A stretch of 64,000 bases of DNA from Sphaerodactylus townsendi. Taxonomy: Eukaryota. The stretch is from contig NC_059432.1 in NCBI RefSeq assembly GCF_021028975.2, forward strand, positions 77,376,001 through 77,440,000, in the 5' to 3' direction. Position 1 is the stretch's first letter. The number at the start of each line of letters is the position of its first letter. The notes below the pieces were generated by a model that ran no database searches, was not told the origin of the DNA, and saw only the letters and a list, made by a program, of their open reading frames with translations. Below are positions 48,371-60,095 of this stretch, in pieces. The translations under genes and the position numbers were made by a program.

Positions 48371-50015
48371 AACTGATCATTATCTTTTCTAATTAAGATG
48401 AAATGTAATAAGGCTAGAATTTCTAGGTGGGTTTTAAGTTTGCAGGGTTTTCAGTTTGACATCTCCTATATAAAAAGGGAGAGAAATATTGTGGCAGATA
48501 GTTTGTCTCCTTCCAGAGAGGTCAATGAGTGAACGACAATGTGAAATCATGAGACTGGTATGCATACAGTTATCAGTGATATTGATTGTTTCTTTGGTTC
48601 TTCCTCCTTTCTATCATTGCTACTATGAATGAATATACAGCTAAGCACGTAGTGCTGCAAGCTGGCTTGCAGCTATCAACCTTAATGCAAATAGAGTGAT
48701 TTACCCAGTACATGTTACTCAGGCTTCTGAGTTTGGTTTTCTCCATTCCTCAAGTCCCCCGAGGAACTAACTCCTCTCTTCAAAGGAACTCAATGCAATT
48801 ACTGTTCTCTTAAACTAAAGCAAATGCAAATACTTCTGCCAGGGCTTGAACATATGACTGTAGCTATCACAGTACAGACTGCTCCAACTTTAAAGAGCTT
48901 TAGAACAAGCTTCAGATCTAATGATGTAATTGAAATGAACACCAGACTCTGGGTTCAATAATTCCTGAAAGATGATTTTAATAATCTTACAAAAATTACA
49001 TTCATAACATGAGTATATTATTTTCCAGATTTTAAATCACTTCCCTCTTGAAGAGATTAGTAATTTGGTAGGATAACTTTTCATTTATCTCGAATGCAGT
49101 CAAAACCATTGACATAATCAGAAAATCACACACACAACAGATCCATTTACATAGCAAATGGCTTATGATTTAGGTAACTAACATAGCCATAAAAATGGCT
49201 TTCAGACAATTGCCCTGATCTAGAGATCCCTTTCAGCCTTGGGAGTTCTGACATATACATGGAACTTTCCTGCCTGCCTACCTGGTCTTTCCCATTCATT
49301 TTGTTGGAAAATATTGGCTGGCAAAGGATATATGGATAAAACTGCCCTCAACATTAATCCAGCCATTCAGTCAAAAGCAAATGAATATGTACTTGGGCAT
49401 TTATCATAGAAAGGTGTAGGATGCTCCTAAATATGCAGGGATCAAAATTATAGATACTATATTGAGCAAATATCAGTTTGATTGGGAGAAGAAAGTTTTA
49501 GACCACTTTCTCCATGAAGAAAATGACATCCAAGGTCACAAATACATTACAGCCTAATACAGAGTGGGCTGAGACTGGGGAAGGAACTCTACTGTGCAAC
49601 TGTACTGCATCCAATGGGCTTCCAGATAGCAAGGCAAGGCAAAATAAGAAAATAAAACCCAGCCGCCAAAATACTCCCATTGGGTAAATTGGATGTATGC
49701 CACTTTTTTTGTGGCATACATCTGACCCAGGGAGAGAGGGCTTGAAGCCTGCAAGTTCCTGGGCTTGAAGCCTGATAGAAGGTGACTAAAGTCAGCTCTA
49801 CCTCTAGGAATACCTCTAGCCCATCCCTGTTGTGTTGATGGGGCTGGCTGCGGTGCTGGAGTGCTGACATGGTGCTCAGCACAGTGTTCATACATCCCAG
49901 AGCCCCACAGCATTCCCCAGCCAGCATTTTTGCCCCTCTACCATGATAAGTGCCCCAGAGAGGGCACATCTACTAGTGTGGCCTCATACTGCATCCAAGA
50001 ATCAATTCACTTTTA

Positions 50016-50471
50016 GCCCTTTCCACAAAAACACTGCCCCTAGGGAGCTGTTTGCATAGGGGGCACAGCTGCATCACAGCCGCGCTGCCCTTGCTCCCCT
50101 CCAGCGGTGCGAAGTCGCTGTTTCTCAACCTTGCTCCCTGAGCAAGGTTTTTGGGAAACAGCGGCTTGGCAGCGGCTGGAATACGCCATTCCCCCCCTTT
50201 CCCAAATGCCTTACCGTGTCCTCCGGCCTCCGGCGCGTTGCACAGGCCAGGGGACATGCCCCCCCGCCCTGCGACTTCTGAGCTGTCGTGCAGGGCAGAG
50301 GGGGCGTGTCCCCTGGCCTGTGTTACGCGCCGGAGGCCGGAGGATACGGTAAGGCGTTTGGAGGATGGCACAGCATGCGTGGAGGCTGCACCATCTTCCC
50401 CAGTGCAACCGGTCCCAGGGGAGTTGAGTCGGCACCGACCCAACCCCCAGCGTGGCCGTGCGGAAATGGCC
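50016..50471. mobile_element. PIF/Harbinger-like MITE
   Basis: Right TIR ggccgtgcggaaatggcc, degenerate left TIR gccctttccac; TSD tta; about 145-bp internal hairpin. Confidence 0.8.
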
Positions 50472-50482
50472 TTAGATTGGTT

Positions 50483-51069
50483 TGTCAGTGTCTCCTTTCA
50501 GGGAAGGTGCTCCAGCTACTTAATTAGGTTGGTTGTTGTTTACTGTACTGTGTTCATAGTTATGATATTATTTATGAGATGACAATTTTCAGAAAAGGGG
50601 GGTTTCTTGTTTAATTGCTTATTTTTTTCTGTTTTCAGTTCTTCGCCTCCCCTTGTAATGAGACACCTGAAGTGATATGAAAACTCATGGCTGTGGATTT
50701 ATCTGTGACTGCTTTGTGGCTGCGGGGCCATGAGCTGAGGTGGAAAAAGACTGCATTTTCTCTGCCAGGGCATTTGGGGCTGTTGTTCTGCTGCAGCAGT
50801 TCTGAAGCCTCCTGGGCAGGGCAGGACAGGACAGGCAGCCTAGTGGCTGGCAAATCACTGGTCACTGGGGCAGGCTTACTTCAGGGCAGAGTTAGGAGCA
50901 GACTTAAGAACCATGAGCTTCATTCTGTTCTGCTTGTACCATACTTAAAGCCTTGCTTCCTGGGCCCAGGTGTTCAATCAGCTCTGGACACTCCTCCTTC
51001 CCTTGCTTGCACGTTGTTTTGTGTGGTTATTTTACTTGTTCTTCTATTCTTGGTCACAACTTTATGACA
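50483..51069 (+). mobile_element. Probable solo LTR
   Basis: tgtca...tgaca termini; near-TSD ggtt / gttt; TATA-like cttaaga. Confidence 0.5.
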
Positions 51070-51080
51070 GTTTCAGGCAC

Positions 51081-51477
51081 TGAGGCAGATCAATTTGGAT
51101 GGGTGGCTGTGCCTGCGTGCCTGCCTTTCCAGGAGAGGATCCCCTTAAGAGGTCTTGGGGGACTGGTCCCCACAGCTGCATGACTGGCTTAGAGGCAATC
51201 AACCAGCTCCACCACCAGGTGGCAAGGTTTCCATAAGAGGCTTGTGCACTTGTGGGACCAATGGCTTGCCATTCCAGGTTGCCCCCAGCATGCAGGCTGG
51301 ACATGAGTTTCACCAGTTGACAGACAGGTTGCCTGATGCCTGAATCCTTGCCCTATGCCACACCAGTGTTTCATCTGCTGTACTCAATAAAGATGTGGCA
51401 TGTTTTATTCCACTTGGGATCTCAGTGTGTGTTGTATTTTGTCTTCCCACCCTTCTCTCCTTCTTGGCTACCTCTCA
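51081..51477 (+). mobile_element. Probable solo LTR
   Basis: tgag...ctca termini; cataaga TATA-like motif; AATAAA near 51386 followed by a GT-rich element. Confidence 0.45.
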
Positions 51478-51818
51478 CTACCCTTAGAACTGCAAATTCA
51501 TTGTTGGCTTCCCTGAGCATTAACACTTGTCAGAGGTTTTTGTTTTGTTTTATGTTACAGCCTTTTATTTTATTAATTATATCAAATAGAGGTATCAGCA
51601 TTGTCAAAGATGATTGTTTTGCCCAGGAATGCTTTTATAGATCCTCTGGCCTACAGATAACCCCATCACCCCCACCCAAATATAATCAAAGTTAAACAAT
51701 TGTATTTACACAACCAAGGACAATTATTCCAGCGTACTGTCGAAGGCTTTCACGGCCAGATTCAACTGGGTCTGGTGGGTTTTCTGGGCTGTGTGGCCGT
51801 GGTCTGGTGGATTTTGTT

Positions 51819-51859
51819 CCTAACGTTTCGCCTGCAGCTGTGGCTGGCATCTTCAGAGG
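51819..51859 (-). ncRNA. Minimal hammerhead ribozyme motif
   Basis: Minus strand CCU-CUGAAGA-U-GCC(agccacagcugca)GGC-GAAAC-GUU-AGG. Confidence 0.7.
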
Positions 51860-51868
51860 TATATCACA

Positions 51869-52150
51869 GGGCCTTTCCCCACTTACCTTAAGCCCTGCGC
51901 TACTCGAGGAGAGTAGCGCGGGGTCCCTTGGCACTCCCCACTGAAAGGGGCGGCGACAGCGCAGCCGCCCCGAAGCTGCTGCTGTCAAGCCCCTCAGCAC
52001 GCAGCATCCCAGGGGCTCTTCTTAACGGCGCCTTTTGATGGCCCCGCGCAGAGCGCGGGGTCGTGGGGACGGCCGGGCGCACGCCTGGGATGCTGCGCGC
52101 TGGGAGCAGCGCGCGGCATAGAGGGGAACGATGAGAGTGGGGAAAGGCCC
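51869..52150. mobile_element. GC-rich Harbinger-like MITE (distinct TIR)
   Basis: Perfect 15-bp TIR gggcctttccccact; TSD aca confirmed by the empty paralogous site tatcACAgagaaaag near 19805-19819. Confidence 0.92.
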
Positions 52151-52882
52151 ACAGAGAAAAGCCCGGAAAACCCACCAGAACCATTCCATTGTACATTTGT
52201 CAGGCTTAACTCGCTCCCCCAAACACAACATGAAAACACACACCTATAATATGTGATGCTAATACTGCACAAGTAGTATCTGCAAGTAAAATTGATGTTT
52301 AAAAGTAGCAGAAGAAAAAGTTATTATGGGATTGTCCAGTGTATTTGGGTATGTTAAGAGTTTTGGTATTTGAAATCTTCCAAACTATGAAAGTAAGCCT
52401 AGTACTGACTTAACAAGGTGAATTTTGGTGACAGTGTTGAATAAAGTAGCACTTGTAAATGCTTGAGTGAGTAACAGAAATTGTTTTCCTGTCCCATAGA
52501 TTATTTGGTATTGATTTTTATAGTGCATGTGTCAAGATACAGTTGCTAGATAGTGTAATAGCATAATAGCAGGCATAGCACTTACATTTAATCAAAACTG
52601 AACCAGTTTTAATAACAGTGAAACTAGAAAAATGAAGACAGAAATGTCAGGGTCCAGATCCACAGTTGTTATAAGTCTAATTCTGAAGTTGATAGAAATC
52701 TTAACAGCTTTTGTTCTAAATATGTACTGGGCAGGGAAATACTTATTAAATAAGTATTTCCATTGTATTTTACATGTTTTTGATTGGGTCTGTGTTTTTT
52801 TTTAATGTTCCCCTTGATCTGGCACCTCTACTCCATTAAATATGTGCTGACAAAAACCATTAAAGTTGGTTAAAACTGAATT

Positions 52883-53111
52883 TAGGGTTGCCAGCTTTGG
52901 GCTGGGAAATTCCACAAGACTTGGAAGTCATATGAAAGGGGCAAGGGAGGGTGGAGATCTCAGCTGCATATAATGCTGCAGAGATTTTTAACCAAACCAG
53001 GCATTGTCTCCAGGGGAAGTGATTTCTGTAGTCTGAAGATCAGTGGTAATTCCAGGAGATCTCAAAGCCCCAAATAAGAATACCATTTCCCATCAAAACT
53101 GATGGTAACCT
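52883..53111 (+). mobile_element. agggttgcc-TIR interspersed repeat
   Basis: tagggttgccagc...ctgggaaattcc...ctccaggggaagtgatttctgtagtc...ggtaacc. Confidence 0.7.
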
Positions 53112-53364
53112 GCTGTCATAATCCTAGGCTTGAGGCTGAGGGGATAGAGCAGCCTATAGGCCTCAAGAAAGTCTTCCTCTCAGACACAGGTTGGGTTCTA
53201 TTTGCCTGCTTAGAAAATAATATCTCCTGCTTATAACAGGAAATCTCCAGCCCAGTTGCAGTCCTTGCCCATTGATGGTCAGCTGATCAGCAGGCAGAAC
53301 ATGAGGTCAAAGAGGGGACATGATTGTCTTGGGGACAAAAAATAAGAAGCAAAATATGGTAAGT

Positions 53365-53590
53365 AAGGCTGCCACCCTTCAGGTGGCAGCTGGAGATTTC
53401 CCACTATTATAACTGATCTTCCAGAGAGAGAATGGCTGGAGATTTCTCACATGTAGAAAATGGCTGCTTTGGAAGGTAGGCTAAATGGAATTATGCCTTA
53501 CTAAAGTCCCTTTCCTCTCTAAACCTCACCCTCCTCAGGCTCCCGCCCCAGTATCCCCAAGTATTTCCCAACCCAGACCTGAAAACCCAA
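53365..53590 (-). mobile_element. agggttgcc-TIR interspersed repeat
   Basis: Reverse copy: aaaatggctgctttggaaggt...gtatttcccaacccagacct. Confidence 0.65.
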
Positions 53591-56500
53591 AAAAATAAGT
53601 TTTGTTTCTATCCTGTGTTAATTTGTTATATGTATTTAACCACTTTCATACTTTATCAGTACAACATTTGGGTACAATATTTCTTTTAAAATTAGTCTTG
53701 TTCATTTAATCTGCCTGAATCATTCACACCTAATATTTGGCCATACAGGCATCCTAGCGCAAACCCTGAAGTGATAATTTCATGATGTTGCTCTAGGGTT
53801 CCACTGAAACATCATATGAAAACTAGATTTTCAGGGGAATCCTAGAACTTTGTGCTCACTCAATACAGTCGCTTCTGGGATTGCAACAGAAGTGATATCA
53901 CAGATTGAAGCTATGGCATTCTTTGCCATTTTCTACCATTGTCTTATTGAGAGATGGTGGAAATTGGGTTGCTGGGTGGGAGGATGCCCAGCAGAGCAGG
54001 ATACCTGACAGCCTTACCTGGAAGGAGAAGGGAGGGTGCTCTGGGCCCTCCCAAATCAAGATCTAGAATCCGAGTGCTTCCAGCCAATTTGCCTTCTCCA
54101 AGGCTGAAGGGGGCAGAAGTGAAGGGGGGAGTATAGGGTGCTGGAGTCCTTGATAGAGACCCCTGTCCACAGTAAAAATTCCCAAATCCTATCCCTTCCT
54201 GCAATACCTGCTACTAACTTGGACAGGAGGATACAGATTTATTTTCTGATATTTTTAATACTATTTTGATGAAAATTTGCAGACCACCTTCAACTGATCA
54301 CTGTCCATATGGATATTGTTTGTTATAATACCGTAGTGGTAATGCATGTATATGTCAGTAGTTAGCATTTATTTGTTTTATAAGGCAGTAGAATTATAGT
54401 CTACTGCAATGTTTACAGTATGCATCACCTTCCTTTTACTGCAACCCTCTTTCTATATTATGGTATTTCATGGCTTAGATAGGTGTTTTGCTCTGTTTAC
54501 AGTTCTATAATCCTTTATCTATTGCTTTATCTTTTGGGTGTCTTATGATGTCTGATTGAATAGCTTTATATTTGTAATCCACCTTGAGTTCCAGAGAAAA
54601 AAGACAGGCTATAAATGAAGTATATACATATAATAAAAACACATTTTCTGAAGTGTGTTCTGTTCACTATTTTAGTGATTCTTGGAGCAGACATGAACAC
54701 CTGGTTACTATTATTACACTCATACTGCAGATGCAGAAAAAAACCCTGTTAAATGGTACCTCTGTGCATCTGCACAGCCATTTAATTTTACAGCATTGTC
54801 AGGATCCAGCACAGAACTTTCAGTGTGTCAAGGATTAAAGCATGCCCAGAGGCAGCAGGGTCTTAATTTTTTTCTTGAAAGTCAGGCCATCATGCCATGC
54901 TATTATTTTTGAAACTTACCTGAATTTCTCAATGACCTTCCTTGTGGAAAGGACTGCTGGTTGAAAGTTCAAAGTCATCTTTTATGGCTTGTTTTTATGT
55001 TGTAGTTTTTATTATTCATTTTCATGCTATTGTAAGATTTTACAGTATTATCTTCTTGTGAGCCACAATGTGCAGTTATGTAGAGAGATGGCATACACAT
55101 TTTCTAAATAAGTACAAAAATAAATTATTTGGGATATGCATTGCTAGACTTATGCTTCTTCTGATTCAAACCTATGTGTTTTCTCCTCCCCTTCAAGAGA
55201 ATTACGTTGTTTTCTGAAAATATTTCTAAATATATCTTGCACTAGAAATTGCCAGAGTTAATTTAAAAGATTAAATAAAAGTTAAATAAAAAGAGTTTAA
55301 ACCAGAATATCTTATCATCTGCAAGCAAGACAAGGATAAATCAAGAATAATTCAAAGAGGTCATAACACCATTAAACTTTCCAACTTTTTAATATGTAAA
55401 ATTGCTTTCAGTTAAAATAGCTCAGACTTAATTCCCCTGCAAATAGATGCTTGAGGAGGAAGCTATCACACTATATGCAACAACTATATAATAATAATCA
55501 TCACAATTGATGAGAAAGCTTCAGGCATCTAGTGATATTTGTTAGATGTGTATAAATGTGTATGGGGGCAGTTTTCTGTTGACAGGCAGAAAGGAGCACA
55601 TGGATACTCTAATACAGAAAAACAAAAACTGCCTAGCCAGCTGTATCAAAAAGCCTTCCATAAAATGAAATAATATAGATGTTTGTGTATTTATTATTTA
55701 TTAACACTTTTCAGCCTGCATTTCTCTTACTCAAGGGGATTACAAAAATATGAAAAGCAATTCTACCAGACAGCAGAGTTCCAGTAAACAATGCAGCAGA
55801 ACTAGGATTATAAACTGGAAAACAAAAAACCTGTCTAAGGTCCATTCTACATAGTCATTGTATCAGGATTGTTGACTAAAAGATAGTTGGACAGAGCCTG
55901 GTTCAAATCTGTTGGGCCTGTGCCAAAATTTTTGCTATGTCCAAAGACCTCTGTGGGTGTTGGTCATAGAGCAAATAGAAGGTCTTTGCCTTGTGAGACT
56001 AGGTCACAGTTCTGGATATGAGGAGGAATGGAAAGTTAATTTGAGATCTCCACAGAAGGGAAACTGACCAAATCACTCACCTCTTGCACCTTCTAGGTGG
56101 AATCCAGGAAATAATTATTATGGAACTTCCTCTTCCCTTTCCTCACAGTTTTTGTTCTGCTTTTCAGTTGAACTTCATTTTGTTATTATTAGTTCTGTTT
56201 AGTTTTACCACTGTTTTCATTTTTATCCCATTCTCTCTTCCTCTTATGTCCTTCCCCCACATACTGTGCTATCTGCCAGGGCTGTGGCTATCACTCCTGC
56301 TGGCCTGGCCAGGTGCATCCTACTCTGGCCAGAGAGAGAGCCTCCTTCCCTTTTTACCAGGCACTAAGACTTACTTTCTGTACCTTCTGAGGCACCATCC
56401 ATAGGTACATATCAGGTACCAGGTTGTCTGATATTATCAGCATCAGTATTAATGTTGGGGACCTGGGACATCATTTCCCTGTGTGCAATGAAACATGGCA

Positions 56501-59500
56501 ACTTGGACCCATCACAATCAGCATCTGAGGCACTGGTAATGTTGAGGGAACTAACTTGCTTGTGCTGGCAACAATCCAAATCCTAACACTGTGTGTGTAG
56601 ATGCGAGTGCGGGGGGGGGGGAGGGGAGAGATGAGTTGTGGAAGAGTGGGGTAAAATGAAAATAATAATGAAAACAAACCCAATATGGGTGGAAAACACT
56701 TTTTAGCCTACTCAACAGCCAACATCTTTGACACATACCTCCAATCCACAAAACTCAGAACTGACTCTGATCAAAAGGAACAGACAGAATTATAGGCCAT
56801 TTCCGTTCACCCTGAGAGATATACTGGCCGGCCTCTGGCATTTAGTCCAGCTGGGACACTGATGTTTGTAATTAATTAAGCTAATTTGTTCACAGTATGT
56901 TGCCAGTCCTCCACCAATAAAGTACAAAGGGAACAAGTGCCCAGTGAGTAGCCTTCTGGTTTTACGCTTTGAAGGGCATAGGTGAGAAATTCCTTTTCAA
57001 TTACAGTCCTCTGTGATGCCTTTCCCTTCCATACTCCCTTTTATTTGCACATCAGTTTGGCTAGATTGGCAATATTAAGCAGCTGTTTAAGGAGACAGGT
57101 TTTTGTATGTTTTAGGGGGCTGCACCATATTGCGGGGGGGGGATGTGCCTTCTGCCCATGCTGTTCCAGTTCTGCTAGATGAAATTTGAGCTATGGAAGC
57201 ATAAGCACTTTCCCCAGCTTTCACTTTTGTTTATATTGTAGAGAAAATTAGTCATTTACAGACATATGTCTGTACATGCATTAATATGTGTATTTTGTGC
57301 TTGAGTATCTATATTATAATCTATCACCTTTTTTTGGTAATCCTGGTACTAACGTCAATATCCAGTATCACACATGTCTTTCTGTTATGAGCGTTAATAA
57401 TTGTTTAGGAATTTCTTAGATTAAAGCAGACCTAGAAAATGACAGCTTTTTACTTTGTATTTAATCTCAATGTTGCTGCACAAATTCTCTGCCAAACTGT
57501 GATTCACAACTCTTGTGAGTGTCTTTATTTAAACTGTCTTCAGCAAACTGTGTTTTCAAGGCTAGTTCTGGTATTCATTTGTTTTCTTTTCCGTGTACTG
57601 GCATAAAAATTCTATTCTACCTTTTAGAAGTTGTTACCTTTTTTTTTCACTTAGCAGATTTATGCCAGATTTATTTAGCTCTATTGCTTTATCTATTGTA
57701 ATATGTTACATACAAGTTATAATCGTGGAGTTGGTTCCAAATTTCTGTGAAGAGAAGAAGTTTGCAAAATATGCCACTTGATGGGGAAAGTTGGGGAATT
57801 CTCCTGAACAAAATGCCATGTTGCACGCAAATAATTAAAAAAAACACCTCTTTTGCTATTGCTCAATGACAACAAGATTGGGTATAAGACTTGCTCCTCA
57901 CACACAAGATGCTGCTAAACAAGTGAAGGTTATGGTGGAATAAATAGATATATATGCTGGAAAGTTTATGCATTTAAGGGGCTTTGGACCTCTCTTTTGT
58001 TTAGCTGCGGGATATAAACATGGCTACCTCTCTAGAACAAGAGAGGGCAGTTTCACTTGTTTTACCCTTTTTTCTGCAGTACTCTCATACACAGGTGATC
58101 CTAGCACTGACTTCTTTGGGATGAAATGGAGATCTGTGGGTGGAAGGGGGAGGAAGGGATCATATACTTGCATCAACTTTTTCTATTCACAGAATTTTGG
58201 CCCGACACATTAACCTCAAAAATGGTCAAGAATATATTTATAGCAGGCAGTTCAAGACTCAGCTTCTTAAGGCCATCCACATGAAGTCTCCCTTAAAATG
58301 AAAAATAAATAGAGAGTGTCTGTTCTAGGGAGTATCTGTCCTTGTGTGGAGTACATGAGAAACTGATGACTATTTTATGTCTAACTAGAATTTCTTTTTA
58401 TCCTTTAACAAATGCTGATGTTTTGCATGCTGAGTTTAGAATTCTGCGCATGTTTTGTTTCCCAGTTCCTGGTAACAATAAGATACAAAGTGCACAGATG
58501 GTCAATATCAGAGCAATAATATCCAAACAGGTATGAATGTTCCTCATTTCCCTATCATATATTCTACTGAAACCTACACATAGATATGATGAATGTTTTT
58601 AAGAATGTTCACTGGTATGTTCCTCACAGGTGCCACAAACAACACATCTTTGTGAGACTTTGGGTTTGAAACAAGCAGTTGTTAAATATGAACAACATGG
58701 TGAGGTCAGAGGTTGAAAGGAAACTGCGGCAAACCAATAGGTAAAAAGAAATCTTGGTAAACTGTCAAAGCTGATGCTATTGTTGTACTAACCTCTCCCT
58801 TGTAACATTCCCACAGAGGTTTATAAAGACTGCTTATACTGACAATTACAGTTTATTACATAGAAGCATTCCCTGGCAGAGGAATAAAGAAACCTGTCTG
58901 GGGCTTTCAGTTAGCCCTAAGGTTCTAAAATTTGGGAGAATAACCGAGAAATTCATCTCTTAGCAACTGGTCCCTGTCCAAAGGTGAGATAAAAGGCTTA
59001 TAAGGAATCCTACATGCTATTTTTAAACAAAAAAGCTGTGATGCTCAAGTGATTGAGCCAGAATTGCGTCTGCATTCAAGTTTTCAGCTCTTGACTCAAA
59101 ACCATTTATATCCACTGAAGAATTAAAAATTAGGGCGTGTGTGGATTATTAAATGTATGGATTGTTTAATCCCCGGGCATCAGGGTATGTGGCAAAATTG
59201 TTAATCACACAAATTACTGTGGTTGAACACTGCCTTGCCTTATTTCACCTTCTCATTGGTGATCAAAAATTAATTTAAATCAGCAGGCCTATTGTGATGT
59301 TAGTTAGACAATGTGTGCATTTCTAACTTCATTTAGTACTGTTAGACAATGTGTGCAAAAGACATTCAGAAAGTGAGAGGGAGGATCAAGATAACTTTTG
59401 CTATAACAACCTTGACCTCCTTATGTTCATGACTCCTATGTGTATGGAGTCTATGTTCATACTTGCATATGCATAAGAGCACTACATGCACATCAAAGGT

Positions 59501-59909
59501 GATTATTTATTTAAACATTTATATCCTGCCTTTCCAAATGGTTCAAGGTGGGGATACAGGGCAGTAGCAGAGCAATCATACATACTTTTCAATCCACACA
59601 AAGAGTATCAGACTGTGTGAATCACCAGCAGAACAGAACTCTAGAAGTGAGCACAGCGCTGCCACTGAGATGCCCTCTTGCAATCTTGATTTGGTATATA
59701 AGCATAAAAAAGGATATTAGCCTGTAATAAATGTAGGATACTAACTCTGTTGTGTATGGGCTGCGAGTTCCATTGCATCCAAGACAATGAAGCTTGAAAA
59801 AATGAGCATAGGTGAAAGGAACTAACAAAATGCTCAGGTAAACAAGAACACACCCACACCCTTTTTTTGTATCTGCTTCACCAAATGCATAACTTTGTTC
59901 AGGGAATGA

Positions 59910-60095
59910 AAATATTGCCCTGATCTGAATAGCTGCAAGCTATCTCAAAAGCAAACCAGGATCGGCCCTAGTTAGTATTTGAATGGACAACCTCCAAGGA
60001 GTATCAGGGTCATGATGTGGAGGCATGCCAAATCACCTCTGAACATCTCTTGCCCTGAAAACCCTACAGGATCAGCATGCAGCTGTGACTTGATG
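59910..60095 (+). mobile_element. 5S rRNA-derived SINE, decayed
   Basis: atctcaaaagcaaaccaggatcggccctagttagtatttgaatgg...ccaagga; tail tctcttgccctgaaaaccctac. Confidence 0.65.

Larger units (their letters stand above)
51738..52182 (-). mobile_element. Mini Penelope-like element with nested MITE
   Basis: pLTR tgtcgaaggctttcacggccag...; TSD attccagcgtac / attccattgtac; short inverted arm 52161-52182. Confidence 0.85.
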
